Positions 54,542 through 62,972 of a DNA stretch of 64,000 nucleotides are shown here, piece by piece. The position numbers and the translations under genes were made by a program. Location of the stretch: IMG/VR virus record IMGVR_UViG_3300044901_000083, positions 3,740 to 67,739 of that record. One strand, written 5' to 3'. Positions within the stretch are counted from its first letter, which is position 1. Each line of letters begins with the position of its first letter. Source of the stretch: a virus. Taxonomy: Duplodnaviria; Caudoviricetes. The notes beneath the pieces are model-generated. The model ran no database searches. It saw only the letters and a program-made list of their open reading frames with translations, and was not told the DNA's origin.

Positions 54542-54780
54542 TCGCGCGCCACCACCGCACCAACCACCACCGGCCGGCCGTCCCAGCTGCGCACCGAGGT
54601 GTTCTCCACCGCGCCTGCCGGCATGTACTCGGGCGCGTCGATCGGCCCGCCGCCGAGCATCGCCGCGCGGTTCGCCGAGTAGCCGGGCCGGAGCATCTGC
54701 ACCGCCGCGCAGTCGTCGCTGTGGACGCCACCGGTGACGTAGTAGCCACCGAAGTTTTTGCAGAAGTCCTTGTTCGCCAT
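54538..54780 (-). CDS. Hypothetical early protein
   Basis: Start MANKDF after AAAGGAG. Confidence 0.55.
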   Translation of the reverse strand: MANKDFCKNFGGYYVTGGVHSDDCAAVQMLRPGYSANRAAMLGGGPIDAPEYMPAGAVENTSVRSWDGRPVVVGAVVARD

Positions 54781-54799
54781 CACGCTCTCCTTTCGACAC

Positions 54800-54925
54800 C
54801 TCAAGTATAGGTCTAGTTGTTCGCTTGAACGCACAATCAACAGACACACTCGTTATTTAAAAATGATCAATCATGCTCAAAAAAGATCAAGTCAAACGCG
54901 CACAGCTATTCGCCGTGACGCATAA
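54800..54925. promoter_or_regulatory. Divergent early promoter/operator region
   Basis: Leftward TATACT 54809-54804; rightward TGTTCG-CTTGA-ACG-CACAAT 54818-54837; TGATCA-like half-sites at 54864, 54874, 54884. Confidence 0.65.
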
Positions 54926-54950
54926 TTGAACCGTCGAAAGGAGGTGCGAG

Positions 54951-55109
54951 ATGGCTGCTGTGATGGAGATGCCCCGGGAGGTGGTGGTCGCCGAGTCGGC
55001 CCTGCGGATCCTGGTCCCCCTGGCCGCCGCGGCGGTGGGCGCGAAGAAGATCGCGGTGCTGGCGCTGATCGAGAAGTGGCGCGCGGTGCTGGCTGGAGGT
55101 GCGGCATGA
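54951..55109 (+). CDS. 52 aa hypothetical protein
   Basis: AAGGAGG SD; MAAVMEMPREVVVAE...; below track cutoff. Confidence 0.55.
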   Translation: MAAVMEMPREVVVAESALRILVPLAAAAVGAKKIAVLALIEKWRAVLAGGAA

Positions 55110-55750
55110 GCGCCGCCCGCATGCAGCTCCGCGGCAACTGCCAGTGCTGCGGCCGCGACCAGGCGGTGGTGGAAGACGGCCGCATGGCGAAGCACGGCTA
55201 CGAGGTGGTCGGCCGCGGGCACAGCGGCTACTTCAAGGGCGTGTGCCAGGGCAACCGCTACAAGCCGCTGCAGCAGGACCGCGACATCGCCAACGAGATC
55301 ATCAAGAGCTGCCGCCAGGACGCGCTGCGGCTCGACCAGCGGGCGGCCGACTACCGCGCCGGCGAGATCGTGCCGGAGTTCTGCCGCGGCCCCTGGGATC
55401 CCAAGGCCCGCGAGTACACCAAGATCCCGTTCGCCGATGCGGAGCACTACCAGCGGCGGCAGTCCATCGACAGCGCGATCTACGAATGCGAGTCGCGCGC
55501 CCGCGCCGCCCGCTCGCACGCCGACGGCCTGGAACGCCTGGCCGACGCGCTGCACGGCACGCAGCTGCGCGAGGTGACGATCGGCAGCGGTCCCGAGCCG
55601 ATCGCCCACGGCGAGAAGCGCAAGAACAGCGAGGGCCGCGTGCTGATCGCGCAGAGCATCGACCGCGGCATGGTGCGCTGGAAGGACGAGCGCGGCTACG
55701 GCTCGAAGATGAGCACGCGCAGCTGGCGGCTGCTGGAGCGCGCAGCCTGA
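55106..55750 (+). CDS. Hypothetical protein with CQCC..C motif
   Basis: GNCQCCGR..AKHGY..GVCQG. Confidence 0.6.
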   Translation: MSAARMQLRGNCQCCGRDQAVVEDGRMAKHGYEVVGRGHSGYFKGVCQGNRYKPLQQDRDIANEIIKSCRQDALRLDQRAADYRAGEIVPEFCRGPWDPKAREYTKIPFADAEHYQRRQSIDSAIYECESRARAARSHADGLERLADALHGTQLREVTIGSGPEPIAHGEKRKNSEGRVLIAQSIDRGMVRWKDERGYGSKMSTRSWRLLERAA

Positions 55751-55791
55751 TCATCAACCCGCCCGGCTCGCCCGGGCTCACTGGAGAACTT

Positions 55792-56151
55792 GTGGACTTC
55801 ACCCGCGACGACAAAGCCGACATCAACGGCACCTACTTCCTGATGGAGATCACCGCATACGGCGCCAAGATCAAGGAACTGTTCGGCGACTTCCCCGGCC
55901 TGCTCCAACAGCGCGCCAAGTACAGCTCCAGCGTGACGGTGCGGCACGTGCCCACCGGTGAAATCTATACCCTCTACATGAGCTTTGGCCGCTGGCGTAT
56001 CGGCGGCCGTCGCGAGACGTGCTCCGCAATCGGCAAGCTCGCCGCACTCGTCAACCCGTGCAAGCACGGCAACTACGAGAACATGGAAGGCGCTGAGGTG
56101 CTGAAGCGAGCGGAGGATGAGCTGCACAAGAGCCTCGGCATCAAGACCTGA
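55792..56151 (+). CDS. Hypothetical early protein
   Basis: GGAG + GTG. Confidence 0.55.
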   Translation: MDFTRDDKADINGTYFLMEITAYGAKIKELFGDFPGLLQQRAKYSSSVTVRHVPTGEIYTLYMSFGRWRIGGRRETCSAIGKLAALVNPCKHGNYENMEGAEVLKRAEDELHKSLGIKT

Positions 56152-56219
56152 TCCCCAGCCGCTTGCCGGGCGTGCCCGGCTTGCGAGTGGCGATCCTGCC
56201 CGAACAACCTGGAGACCAC

Positions 56220-56597
56220 ATGACCACCAAGCCCATGATCCCCACCCTCACGCCCGACACCATGACGCACGACGAGCGCTCCTGCCTGCTGTACCTGGAG
56301 ACCGTCGCTGTCGACTACGACGGCCTGGCCGAAGCCATCCGCATGAACCAGGCCGACATGGAGGCCTGCAAGAAGTTCGTCGAGCTCGAACTGATCGAGT
56401 TCGGCCGCATCCCCATGAAGCTGCTCGGGCAGTTCCGGAGTGGTGTGCGCAACGTGACGCACTGGGTCACGTTCAAGCCGGCCGGCTGGGCACTGGCGCA
56501 CCAGCTGCGGATCGAGCGCGCTGCGCGCGGCCTGCAGCGGCCGAAGCGCCAGGCGATCGAGGCCTGGCGCGCTGAACGCGCAGAGCTCTTGGCCTGA
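56220..56597 (+). CDS. Conserved small phage protein
   Basis: ERSCLLYLETVAVDYDG. Confidence 0.6.
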   Translation: MTTKPMIPTLTPDTMTHDERSCLLYLETVAVDYDGLAEAIRMNQADMEACKKFVELELIEFGRIPMKLLGQFRSGVRNVTHWVTFKPAGWALAHQLRIERAARGLQRPKRQAIEAWRAERAELLA

Positions 56598-56669
56598 CCA
56601 CCACCGCTCAGGGCCTGCATGCGGGCCCTGACCAGTGGCGATCCGTCCACGCAACCCGAGACCACGATC

Positions 56670-57044
56670 ATGTTCAAGAAATCCCTCGCGGCCCTGGCCG
56701 GCCTGGCTGCCATGGCGGGCGCCGGCGGCGCAGCCGACCTGACAGCGCTGGCCGCCGCCGCGAAGCTGCAGGAGGCGCATCGGCACCCGAAGCCCGGCAA
56801 GGGCGGCAGCAAGAGCAAGTCTGGCCGCAGCTACGGTCAGCAGATCGTGTTCGCCAACGGCCGCGAAGTCTTCAAGGTGATCAGCACCGGCAAGCGCTAC
56901 CCCGAGCAGTCGACGCGCCAGGCGATGCGCCGGCACCGCCGCGCGCAGGGTGGGCCCGGCCTGATGTTCGACCCGGGCACCCGCAGCTGGGAGCTCCGGC
57001 CCGACGGCATCGTCATCGAGCGGCCGCTGACCATTCCGTTCTGA
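56670..57044 (+). CDS. Hypothetical protein
   Basis: Hydrophobic N-terminus; YPEQSTRQAMRR. Confidence 0.5.
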   Translation: MFKKSLAALAGLAAMAGAGGAADLTALAAAAKLQEAHRHPKPGKGGSKSKSGRSYGQQIVFANGREVFKVISTGKRYPEQSTRQAMRRHRRAQGGPGLMFDPGTRSWELRPDGIVIERPLTIPF

Positions 57045-57095
57045 CCCCGCCGCCCGGCCGGTTGCCGGGCACCCCGTCAACTACCTGGAGACCTT

Positions 57096-59195
57096 GTGAG
57101 CACCCTCACTGCCGACTACGACACCGCGCTGCACGACGCGGAATATGAAGCCTTCAGCACCAAGCTGCGCGCCACCTTCGCCGCCAACGTCGGCGCCGGC
57201 AAGCCGGTGTTCACCACGAACGCCGAAGGCCTGTTCGCTACCTATCTCGACAACCTGCCGCCCGAGCTGCGCCAGGTCCACAACTGCAACACCTGCAAGC
57301 GCTTCTTCGAGACCTACGGCGCCCTGGTGGCGATCGACGAGGCCGGCCACACCATGCCTGTGATGTGGGACGAGAACGACGTGCCCGAGACCTACCGCAA
57401 GGCCGTAGCCGCGCTCTGGGCCAGCGTGCGCCGCGCGCAGGTGACCGGCGTCTTCTACAGCGCCGAGCGCGCCTGGGGTACGCCCGTCACCGGCGACTGG
57501 AATCACCTGCACGTCGTGCCGCCGGCCTCCATGGTGCACACCGATCGCCTGCTGACCGCCGGCCAGGCCATGGCCGCCAAGCGCCACGAATTCGAGACGC
57601 TGCAGCGCGCGCTGGCCGAGTTCTCGACGTCGCTGCTGGAGTCCGCGGTCAACCTGCTGAAGGCCGATGCGCTGTACCGCAGCGAACGGGTGCTGGGCGT
57701 CGCCGAGTTCTTGCTGAACCTGCAGAAGGCGCGCGCCAGCGCCGGCTCGCAGCCGCAGCGCAACGCCGGAACCTGGTTGTCGGTCGCCGCCGCCCCGGCT
57801 GGCTTCTGCCACCCGCGCAGCAGCATGATCGGCACGCTGCTGGAGGACATCGAAGCCGGCATGTCGTTCGACCAGGTGGCCGCTCGCTTCCGCGCCAAGA
57901 TGGCGCCATCGCAGTACCAGCGCGCGCAGGCCGCGCCATCGGCGGGCGCGATCCGGCAGGCCGAGAAGATGTTCTCCGAGCTCGGCCTGGCGCCCGCGCT
58001 GAAGCGCCGCTACGCATCGCTCGACGAGCTGCCGCGCGGCGCCATGCTCTGGAGGACGCCGGAAGTCAAGGCCGAGCCGAAAGCCGCTGCCGGCATCTTC
58101 GGACACCTGCAGGCGAAGGACGCTGCACCGGCCGTCGAGCATGCCATGCCAGCTGTGACGATGACCTGGGAGAAGTTCAGCAAGACGGTGCTTCCAACGG
58201 CAGGCTCGATCGAGGTGCTGGTGCCGTCGACTGCGGACCGCTTCATGGCGCTGGTGACGGCCGCCGACGACAGCGCACCGCCGATCCTGCAGTGGGACAC
58301 GCCCGAGGCACGCAACGCCTTCTCTTGGTACTACGCCAGCGGCATCGACGCCGAGATGCGCCGGCGCCTGACGCAGGCCGGCGGCCGCTTCGAGGACATC
58401 GACATCCGCTGCTCGCTGATGTGGAACAACCACAACGACCTCGATCTGCAGTGCCTTACCCCACTCGGCGATCACATCTACTTCGGCAACAAGCGCGCTT
58501 GCCGCCGGGGCGGGTGGCTCGACGTGGACATGAACATCAGCGGCGAAACCGACAAGCCTGTCGAGAACATCCGCTGGGAGCGCGGATCCGCACCGGAGGG
58601 GCGTTACCAGTTCTTCGTGAACCTGTACCGCCAGCACCGCGGCCACGGTCCGCGCACTCCGTTTACGGTGGAGATCGAAGTGGGCGGCCAGGTCTTCTCC
58701 GTGGTCGGTGAATCGCTCGGCAGCAATTCTACGAACCGCATCACCGCGATGGTGAAAGTGGCCGACTTCGAGTATGTGCGGGGAGGCCGGCCGACGCTGA
58801 GCGCCAGCGCCATGGTGCGTCCCGCCGCCACCTCCCCCAACGCCTGGGGCTTGACGCCAGGCTCCTACGTTCCGGTTACCGCCGTCGTGCGGTCGCCGAA
58901 CCTCTGGGGGGATCGGCCACTGGAACAGCACGGGCAGCATGTCTTCTTCCTGATGCGCGGCTGCCGCGACACGCAAGAGGGCGTCGGCCGCGGCTTCTTC
59001 ACCGAGATGCTGCGCAGCGACCTGCGACCCGTGCGCTCGGTGCTTGAGGCCTACGCCGCGTCCGCCGCGATCGACGGCACGCAGGAGGCCAGCGCCTGCG
59101 GTGTCGGCATCAGCAATTCCTCGACCGGTGGCATCACGCTGCGCGTCACCGGGCCCAATGGCCGCGCGATCTACAAACTCGACCGCTGGGACTGA
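57096..59195 (+). CDS. 699 aa protein with YfaP/DUF2135-like domain
   Basis: LMWNNHNDLDL..IYFGNK..GGWLDVDMN..PVENIRW..GRYQFFVNLY. Confidence 0.65.
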   Translation: MSTLTADYDTALHDAEYEAFSTKLRATFAANVGAGKPVFTTNAEGLFATYLDNLPPELRQVHNCNTCKRFFETYGALVAIDEAGHTMPVMWDENDVPETYRKAVAALWASVRRAQVTGVFYSAERAWGTPVTGDWNHLHVVPPASMVHTDRLLTAGQAMAAKRHEFETLQRALAEFSTSLLESAVNLLKADALYRSERVLGVAEFLLNLQKARASAGSQPQRNAGTWLSVAAAPAGFCHPRSSMIGTLLEDIEAGMSFDQVAARFRAKMAPSQYQRAQAAPSAGAIRQAEKMFSELGLAPALKRRYASLDELPRGAMLWRTPEVKAEPKAAAGIFGHLQAKDAAPAVEHAMPAVTMTWEKFSKTVLPTAGSIEVLVPSTADRFMALVTAADDSAPPILQWDTPEARNAFSWYYASGIDAEMRRRLTQAGGRFEDIDIRCSLMWNNHNDLDLQCLTPLGDHIYFGNKRACRRGGWLDVDMNISGETDKPVENIRWERGSAPEGRYQFFVNLYRQHRGHGPRTPFTVEIEVGGQVFSVVGESLGSNSTNRITAMVKVADFEYVRGGRPTLSASAMVRPAATSPNAWGLTPGSYVPVTAVVRSPNLWGDRPLEQHGQHVFFLMRGCRDTQEGVGRGFFTEMLRSDLRPVRSVLEAYAASAAIDGTQEASACGVGISNSSTGGITLRVTGPNGRAIYKLDRWD

Positions 59196-59243
59196 GCACC
59201 ATCACCATCGCAACTACGGGCCCGGTCGCAACGGGCCAACACC

Positions 59244-59525
59244 ATGACCAAAGCAATCACCAAGGATCTCGCGGCCCTCGGTGCGCTCGCTGAGCGCATT
59301 CGGAAGGACATCAACAAGGCCTACCCTCCCGGCACCCGCGTTGGCGTGATGCTCAGCGGAACGCAGAAGCACCCGACGCCGGCAACGGTGCGCGGCAGCC
59401 AGGTCGAGCTCTCGAACTGGAGCGAACATGCGTGGGGGTACTTGCGCGTGGAGATCGACACCGCGAAGGAGTTCAGCCGCCAGACCATTCGCACGGTCTC
59501 GCTCGACATGGTGAGGCCGCTGTGA
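59244..59525 (+). CDS. Hypothetical early protein
   Basis: 93 aa. Confidence 0.5.
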   Translation: MTKAITKDLAALGALAERIRKDINKAYPPGTRVGVMLSGTQKHPTPATVRGSQVELSNWSEHAWGYLRVEIDTAKEFSRQTIRTVSLDMVRPL

Positions 59526-59773
59526 CCACCGACATCAACACCAAGCTACTGGAAGCCGTGATCAGCAGCCTTCCGTACTCGAACCAGATCAAGGATCTGG
59601 ACCTGTCGAGCGAGGCGAGCGCCATTCGCTTCACCTGGCGCGGCGCGCGTTACCGCGTGTCGAACGGTCTGTACGTCGAGGAGGTGCGGAACAGCTCGCT
59701 GGCCGGCAGCGACATCGCGATCCTCATGCAAGACCTGCTGCGCGTGAAGAACGCGATGGAGGCCGCATCGTGA
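59522..59773 (+). CDS. Hypothetical early protein
   Basis: GTGA-coupled. Confidence 0.5.
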   Translation: MTTDINTKLLEAVISSLPYSNQIKDLDLSSEASAIRFTWRGARYRVSNGLYVEEVRNSSLAGSDIAILMQDLLRVKNAMEAAS

Positions 59774-60558
59774 CCACCTGCACCATCCGCGCCGCCTACG
59801 CGCGCCTGGCGGCCACCTGCAGAGCCACGCGCGACATCCGCTACTACCTGCAAGGCATCCTGGTGGAGCCGCGCGCCGAGGGTGGAGCCTACATCGTTGG
59901 CACCAACGGCCACAGCATGATCGTGATCATCGACGAGAAGGCGCAGTGCGATGCGCCAGTGATCCTCGCGCCGGACCGCACGATGCTGTCTCTGCTGCCG
60001 AAGGTTGGCATCCTCGACGACAACGACGACTCGAAGCTGGAACTCACAGAGTTCCGCGGCAAGCCGGCGCTTCTGCTGTCGCTGTTCGGGATGAAGAATG
60101 GGCACCGGCAGCACCTGCAGCTGAGCAACCCGATCATCGAAGGCAACTTCCCGTCCTGGCGCAAGGTGATGCCGAACTTCGGCGCGCTGAAACCAGGCCA
60201 CCATAGCGCCTACAACATCAGCTACGTCAGTCGCGCGTTGGATGGATTCACCAAGGTGCGTGGCGCAGCTCCGGCAGTCGAGATTTTCCAAGAGCCGTCG
60301 GACATGGAGAAGGAAGCTCGACACCGGGACACGGTGATCGCTTGCCGGTTCGTGCGGCACGAGAACGTTGTGCTGCTGGTGATGCCACTGCGTGCCGACA
60401 CGAGCGACAGCTTGCTGCGCACGGAATGGCTGGGAAAAGCCGAGCAGGCACGCACATCGAAGCCGTGGGCGCCCCCCGCGCCTCCTGCGCCGCCGGCCGA
60501 GCCCTCCGTCCTCGCCGGCACCGACTGCACCACCAGCGGCGCCATCGGCCAGCCCTGA
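59770..60558 (+). CDS. Truncated beta-sliding-clamp (DnaN)-like protein
   Basis: DIRYYLQGILVE..IVGTNGHSM, IIEGNFPSWRKVMP, LLVMPLR. Confidence 0.7.
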   Translation: MTTCTIRAAYARLAATCRATRDIRYYLQGILVEPRAEGGAYIVGTNGHSMIVIIDEKAQCDAPVILAPDRTMLSLLPKVGILDDNDDSKLELTEFRGKPALLLSLFGMKNGHRQHLQLSNPIIEGNFPSWRKVMPNFGALKPGHHSAYNISYVSRALDGFTKVRGAAPAVEIFQEPSDMEKEARHRDTVIACRFVRHENVVLLVMPLRADTSDSLLRTEWLGKAEQARTSKPWAPPAPPAPPAEPSVLAGTDCTTSGAIGQP

Positions 60559-60560
60559 CC

Positions 60561-60809
60561 ATGCGCAACCGCCTGCCGCTCGAAGCCTGGGCCGCCACCG
60601 CGCGCCATCGCCAGATGCGCGCGTTGCTGTCGAACAGCCACGACTCGCTCGCGCTGGTGCTGGAGCGCCGGGCCGACGGCACGCGGCACAGCATGGTGCA
60701 CCACCTGCAGCGTGAGGTGATCGAGCGCAGCGCGATCGGCTGGCGCAATGCGGTCGCCAACGAGCTGCGGATCATGCGCAGCTTGATGCAGCGGGCGCAC
60801 CACACGTGA
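60561..60809 (+). CDS. Hypothetical protein
   Basis: Start MRNRLP. Confidence 0.45.
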   Translation: MRNRLPLEAWAATARHRQMRALLSNSHDSLALVLERRADGTRHSMVHHLQREVIERSAIGWRNAVANELRIMRSLMQRAHHT

Positions 60810-60817
60810 CGCTACGC

Positions 60818-60837
60818 TGTTCGTTTGAACGTACAAT
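60818..60837 (+). promoter_or_regulatory. TGTTCG-N5-ACG-[-10] promoter
   Basis: TGTTCG-TTTGA-ACG-TACAAT. Confidence 0.6.
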
Positions 60838-60859
60838 TGGCTCATACCAACAGGAGAAC

Positions 60860-61075
60860 GTGATGCCCCAATACTTCCAGCTCTACGGCCGCGTGTTCGA
60901 GGTGCACTCGGAGCCGGACCAGGCCGCCGCCAACGCGTTCATGGAGGCCAACGAGGGCTATGCCCTGCTCGCGCAGCTCGAAGGCGGCGAGTGCCTGCTG
61001 GCGCCGGCCGACCACCAGGGCGTGCCGGTGGCCGAGGTGCCGGCCAAGATCATGAACCAGGTGCGCACGAGCTGA
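60860..61075 (+). CDS. Hypothetical protein
   Basis: AGGAG SD. Confidence 0.55.
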   Translation: MMPQYFQLYGRVFEVHSEPDQAAANAFMEANEGYALLAQLEGGECLLAPADHQGVPVAEVPAKIMNQVRTS

Positions 61076-61077
61076 TC

Positions 61078-61464
61078 ATGGCGACCATGAGCGCCAGCAC
61101 CACGCTGTTCGATTCTGTCGCGCGCAACTACCTCGCCGGCAAGATCATCATGGCATACGACCTCTACCGCTGCGACGCGCGCAGCTGGAAGGTTCCGTTT
61201 GCCGAGTTCGAGCGCTTCTTCGCGCGCGAGCTGTTCGAGTACGACCCGCAACGGTTCGCCCTGGGGATGCTCAAGCGCGCACACAGCGCCGAGCCGTACC
61301 CGTCGATGAAGGCCGAGATGGCCCGCGGCATCGAGGCCCTGGAGTCCTTCAACGGCTTCCAGGTCCGCAAGCTGAAGTCCGAGCTGCAGTCGCGCCAGAA
61401 CCTGCATTGCATCGCCGGCTTCGAGCTCACCGAGCTGGCGCTGCGGATTGCGAGGAGAGCGTGA
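61078..61464 (+). CDS. Hypothetical protein
   Basis: 128 aa. Confidence 0.5.
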   Translation: MATMSASTTLFDSVARNYLAGKIIMAYDLYRCDARSWKVPFAEFERFFARELFEYDPQRFALGMLKRAHSAEPYPSMKAEMARGIEALESFNGFQVRKLKSELQSRQNLHCIAGFELTELALRIARRA

Positions 61465-61652
61465 TGGCCTCCCTCAACACCATGGTGAAGCGCATCGCTG
61501 GCTTGGCTGGCACGAACCACGTGACGGAATGGGAGAGCCAGTTCATCGAGAGCGTGCTCGCTCGCACCAAGCAGGGAGACGACACGCGGCCGCTCACCGA
61601 GAAGCAGATCGACGTGATCGAGCGGATCTTCAGCAAGCACTTCGGGGACTGA
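61464..61652 (+). CDS. Small conserved phage protein
   Basis: TEWESQFIESV..LTEKQIDVIERIF. Confidence 0.55.
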   Translation: MASLNTMVKRIAGLAGTNHVTEWESQFIESVLARTKQGDDTRPLTEKQIDVIERIFSKHFGD

Positions 61653-61654
61653 CA

Positions 61655-62314
61655 ATGCCCAGCGTGACCAAAGACGATGGCTTCAGCGTCTACCGCGTGC
61701 GCGGCGGCCGCGGCGACTACGAGTGGGCCACGATCGCGGTGCGCGAGTGGTGCACGCAACCGGACCCGATGTGCGGCAACGAGCGGCGCCAGTGCGGCGA
61801 GATCCTGATCTACAGCTCGTTCGGCAGCTGGGCCTACCAGTGGGGCCACCTCGGCCGGCCGTTCCGCAGCTGGCTGCTCGGCTGCGAATTCGGCTACGTG
61901 TTCGGCAAGTTCATGGGCGACAAGCTAATGGTGTTCGACGGCGAGGCGTCGGTGCAGTACATGCGCCAGAGGCTGATCGAGAAACGCTGGCACCGCGACA
62001 TGGACAAGAAGATCGCACGCGTGGTGTGGGACGAGCTGAATGCGCACGAGAGCCAGGCCGAGGCCTCAGACCGCGATTTCGTCGAGGCCATGGGCGACAT
62101 CGCCGATCGCATCCGCGAAGGCTGGAGCATCGACACCGAGATACCGGATCTGTTCGACTCGGAGAAGCAGCAGGCCTACGAGTTCCTGCAGGAGCCGTGG
62201 GAGCGCATCATGCACAAGAACGCGCCCCAGGCCGTCGGCTTCTGGCGCGACCTCTGGCCCGTGTTCATCAACCACCTGCGTGCCGAGCTGCAGCCGGCCG
62301 CCGCAGCAGCCTGA
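61655..62314 (+). CDS. Conserved phage protein
   Basis: ILIYSSFGSWAYQW..FGYVFGKF. Confidence 0.6.
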   Translation: MPSVTKDDGFSVYRVRGGRGDYEWATIAVREWCTQPDPMCGNERRQCGEILIYSSFGSWAYQWGHLGRPFRSWLLGCEFGYVFGKFMGDKLMVFDGEASVQYMRQRLIEKRWHRDMDKKIARVVWDELNAHESQAEASDRDFVEAMGDIADRIREGWSIDTEIPDLFDSEKQQAYEFLQEPWERIMHKNAPQAVGFWRDLWPVFINHLRAELQPAAAAA

Positions 62315-62316
62315 CC

Positions 62317-62517
62317 ATGCCCAAGACCACCACCCCAGAACCCATCACCGCCCACGAGGCCGCCAGCCGGCGCCTCGTGACCGCGCGCCGCATCCAGGTG
62401 CTCGCGCAGCAGGGCCGCATCCCCGGCGCCAAGAAGCACGGCCGCGAGTGGATGATCCCGGCCAACTTCAAGATCCTGCCGCCGGTGAAGCGCCCGAAGA
62501 AGATGCTCAAGCTGTGA
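62317..62517 (+). CDS. Excisionase-like HTH protein
   Basis: ITAHEAASRRLVTARRIQVLAQQGRIPGAKKHGREWMIP. Confidence 0.7.
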   Translation: MPKTTTPEPITAHEAASRRLVTARRIQVLAQQGRIPGAKKHGREWMIPANFKILPPVKRPKKMLKL

Positions 62518-62524
62518 GGCCACC

Positions 62525-62710
62525 ATGTTTGACCCCAACACCATGGAGAAATGGATCACCGTCGAGCGACTGATGGCGCTGCTGCCATCCATACCGGAGG
62601 GCAGCGAGCTAATGGTCAACCGCATCGGCAACATCAACGTCTATGAACCCGGCAAAGGTGGAGCGTTTCTGGGTTGGATCGATGTCGCGAAAGAGACGTT
62701 CGAGAAGTAG
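62525..62710 (+). CDS. Hypothetical protein
   Basis: 61 aa. Confidence 0.5.
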   Translation: MFDPNTMEKWITVERLMALLPSIPEGSELMVNRIGNINVYEPGKGGAFLGWIDVAKETFEK

Positions 62711-62714
62711 TTCC

Positions 62715-62894
62715 ATGACAGGCACACGCCAGCTGACCAGCCCCTGGCCGTTCCCGGTGAGCGTGCTCGCCAACGGCCAGGTGGTGCGCAACATCCCGCC
62801 GCCGAAGCCGCCGCTGCGCGAGCTCGCGCCGGTGCGGCCGTCGAACGAGTGGCAGCAGGTCGACTGGTGCCCGCCGGCCAAGCCGCAGGCGTAG
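62715..62894 (+). CDS. Hypothetical protein
   Basis: Start MTGTRQ. Confidence 0.35.
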   Translation: MTGTRQLTSPWPFPVSVLANGQVVRNIPPPKPPLRELAPVRPSNEWQQVDWCPPAKPQA

Positions 62895-62931
62895 ACTCCT
62901 CCCTGCGGTTGCCAAAACCGCAGTCTCCTTC

Positions 62932-62956
62932 GCCCGGCCTCGCGCCGGGCTTTTTT
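62932..62956 (+). terminator. Intrinsic terminator
   Basis: GCCCGGC-CTCGC-GCCGGGC-TTTTTT. Confidence 0.8.
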
Positions 62957-62972
62957 GTGCCCAACGCGAGGG

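Noticed and set aside
54149-57095. CRISPR array
   Set aside because: Repeats are few, degenerate and separated by whole genes; no cas genes
60803-60818. Additional late-type promoter CACGTGA-CGC-TACGCT (and GCCGTGA-CG-CATAAT near 54912)
   Set aside because: Weaker match, lies among early genes and overlaps another promoter class; not counted among the 14
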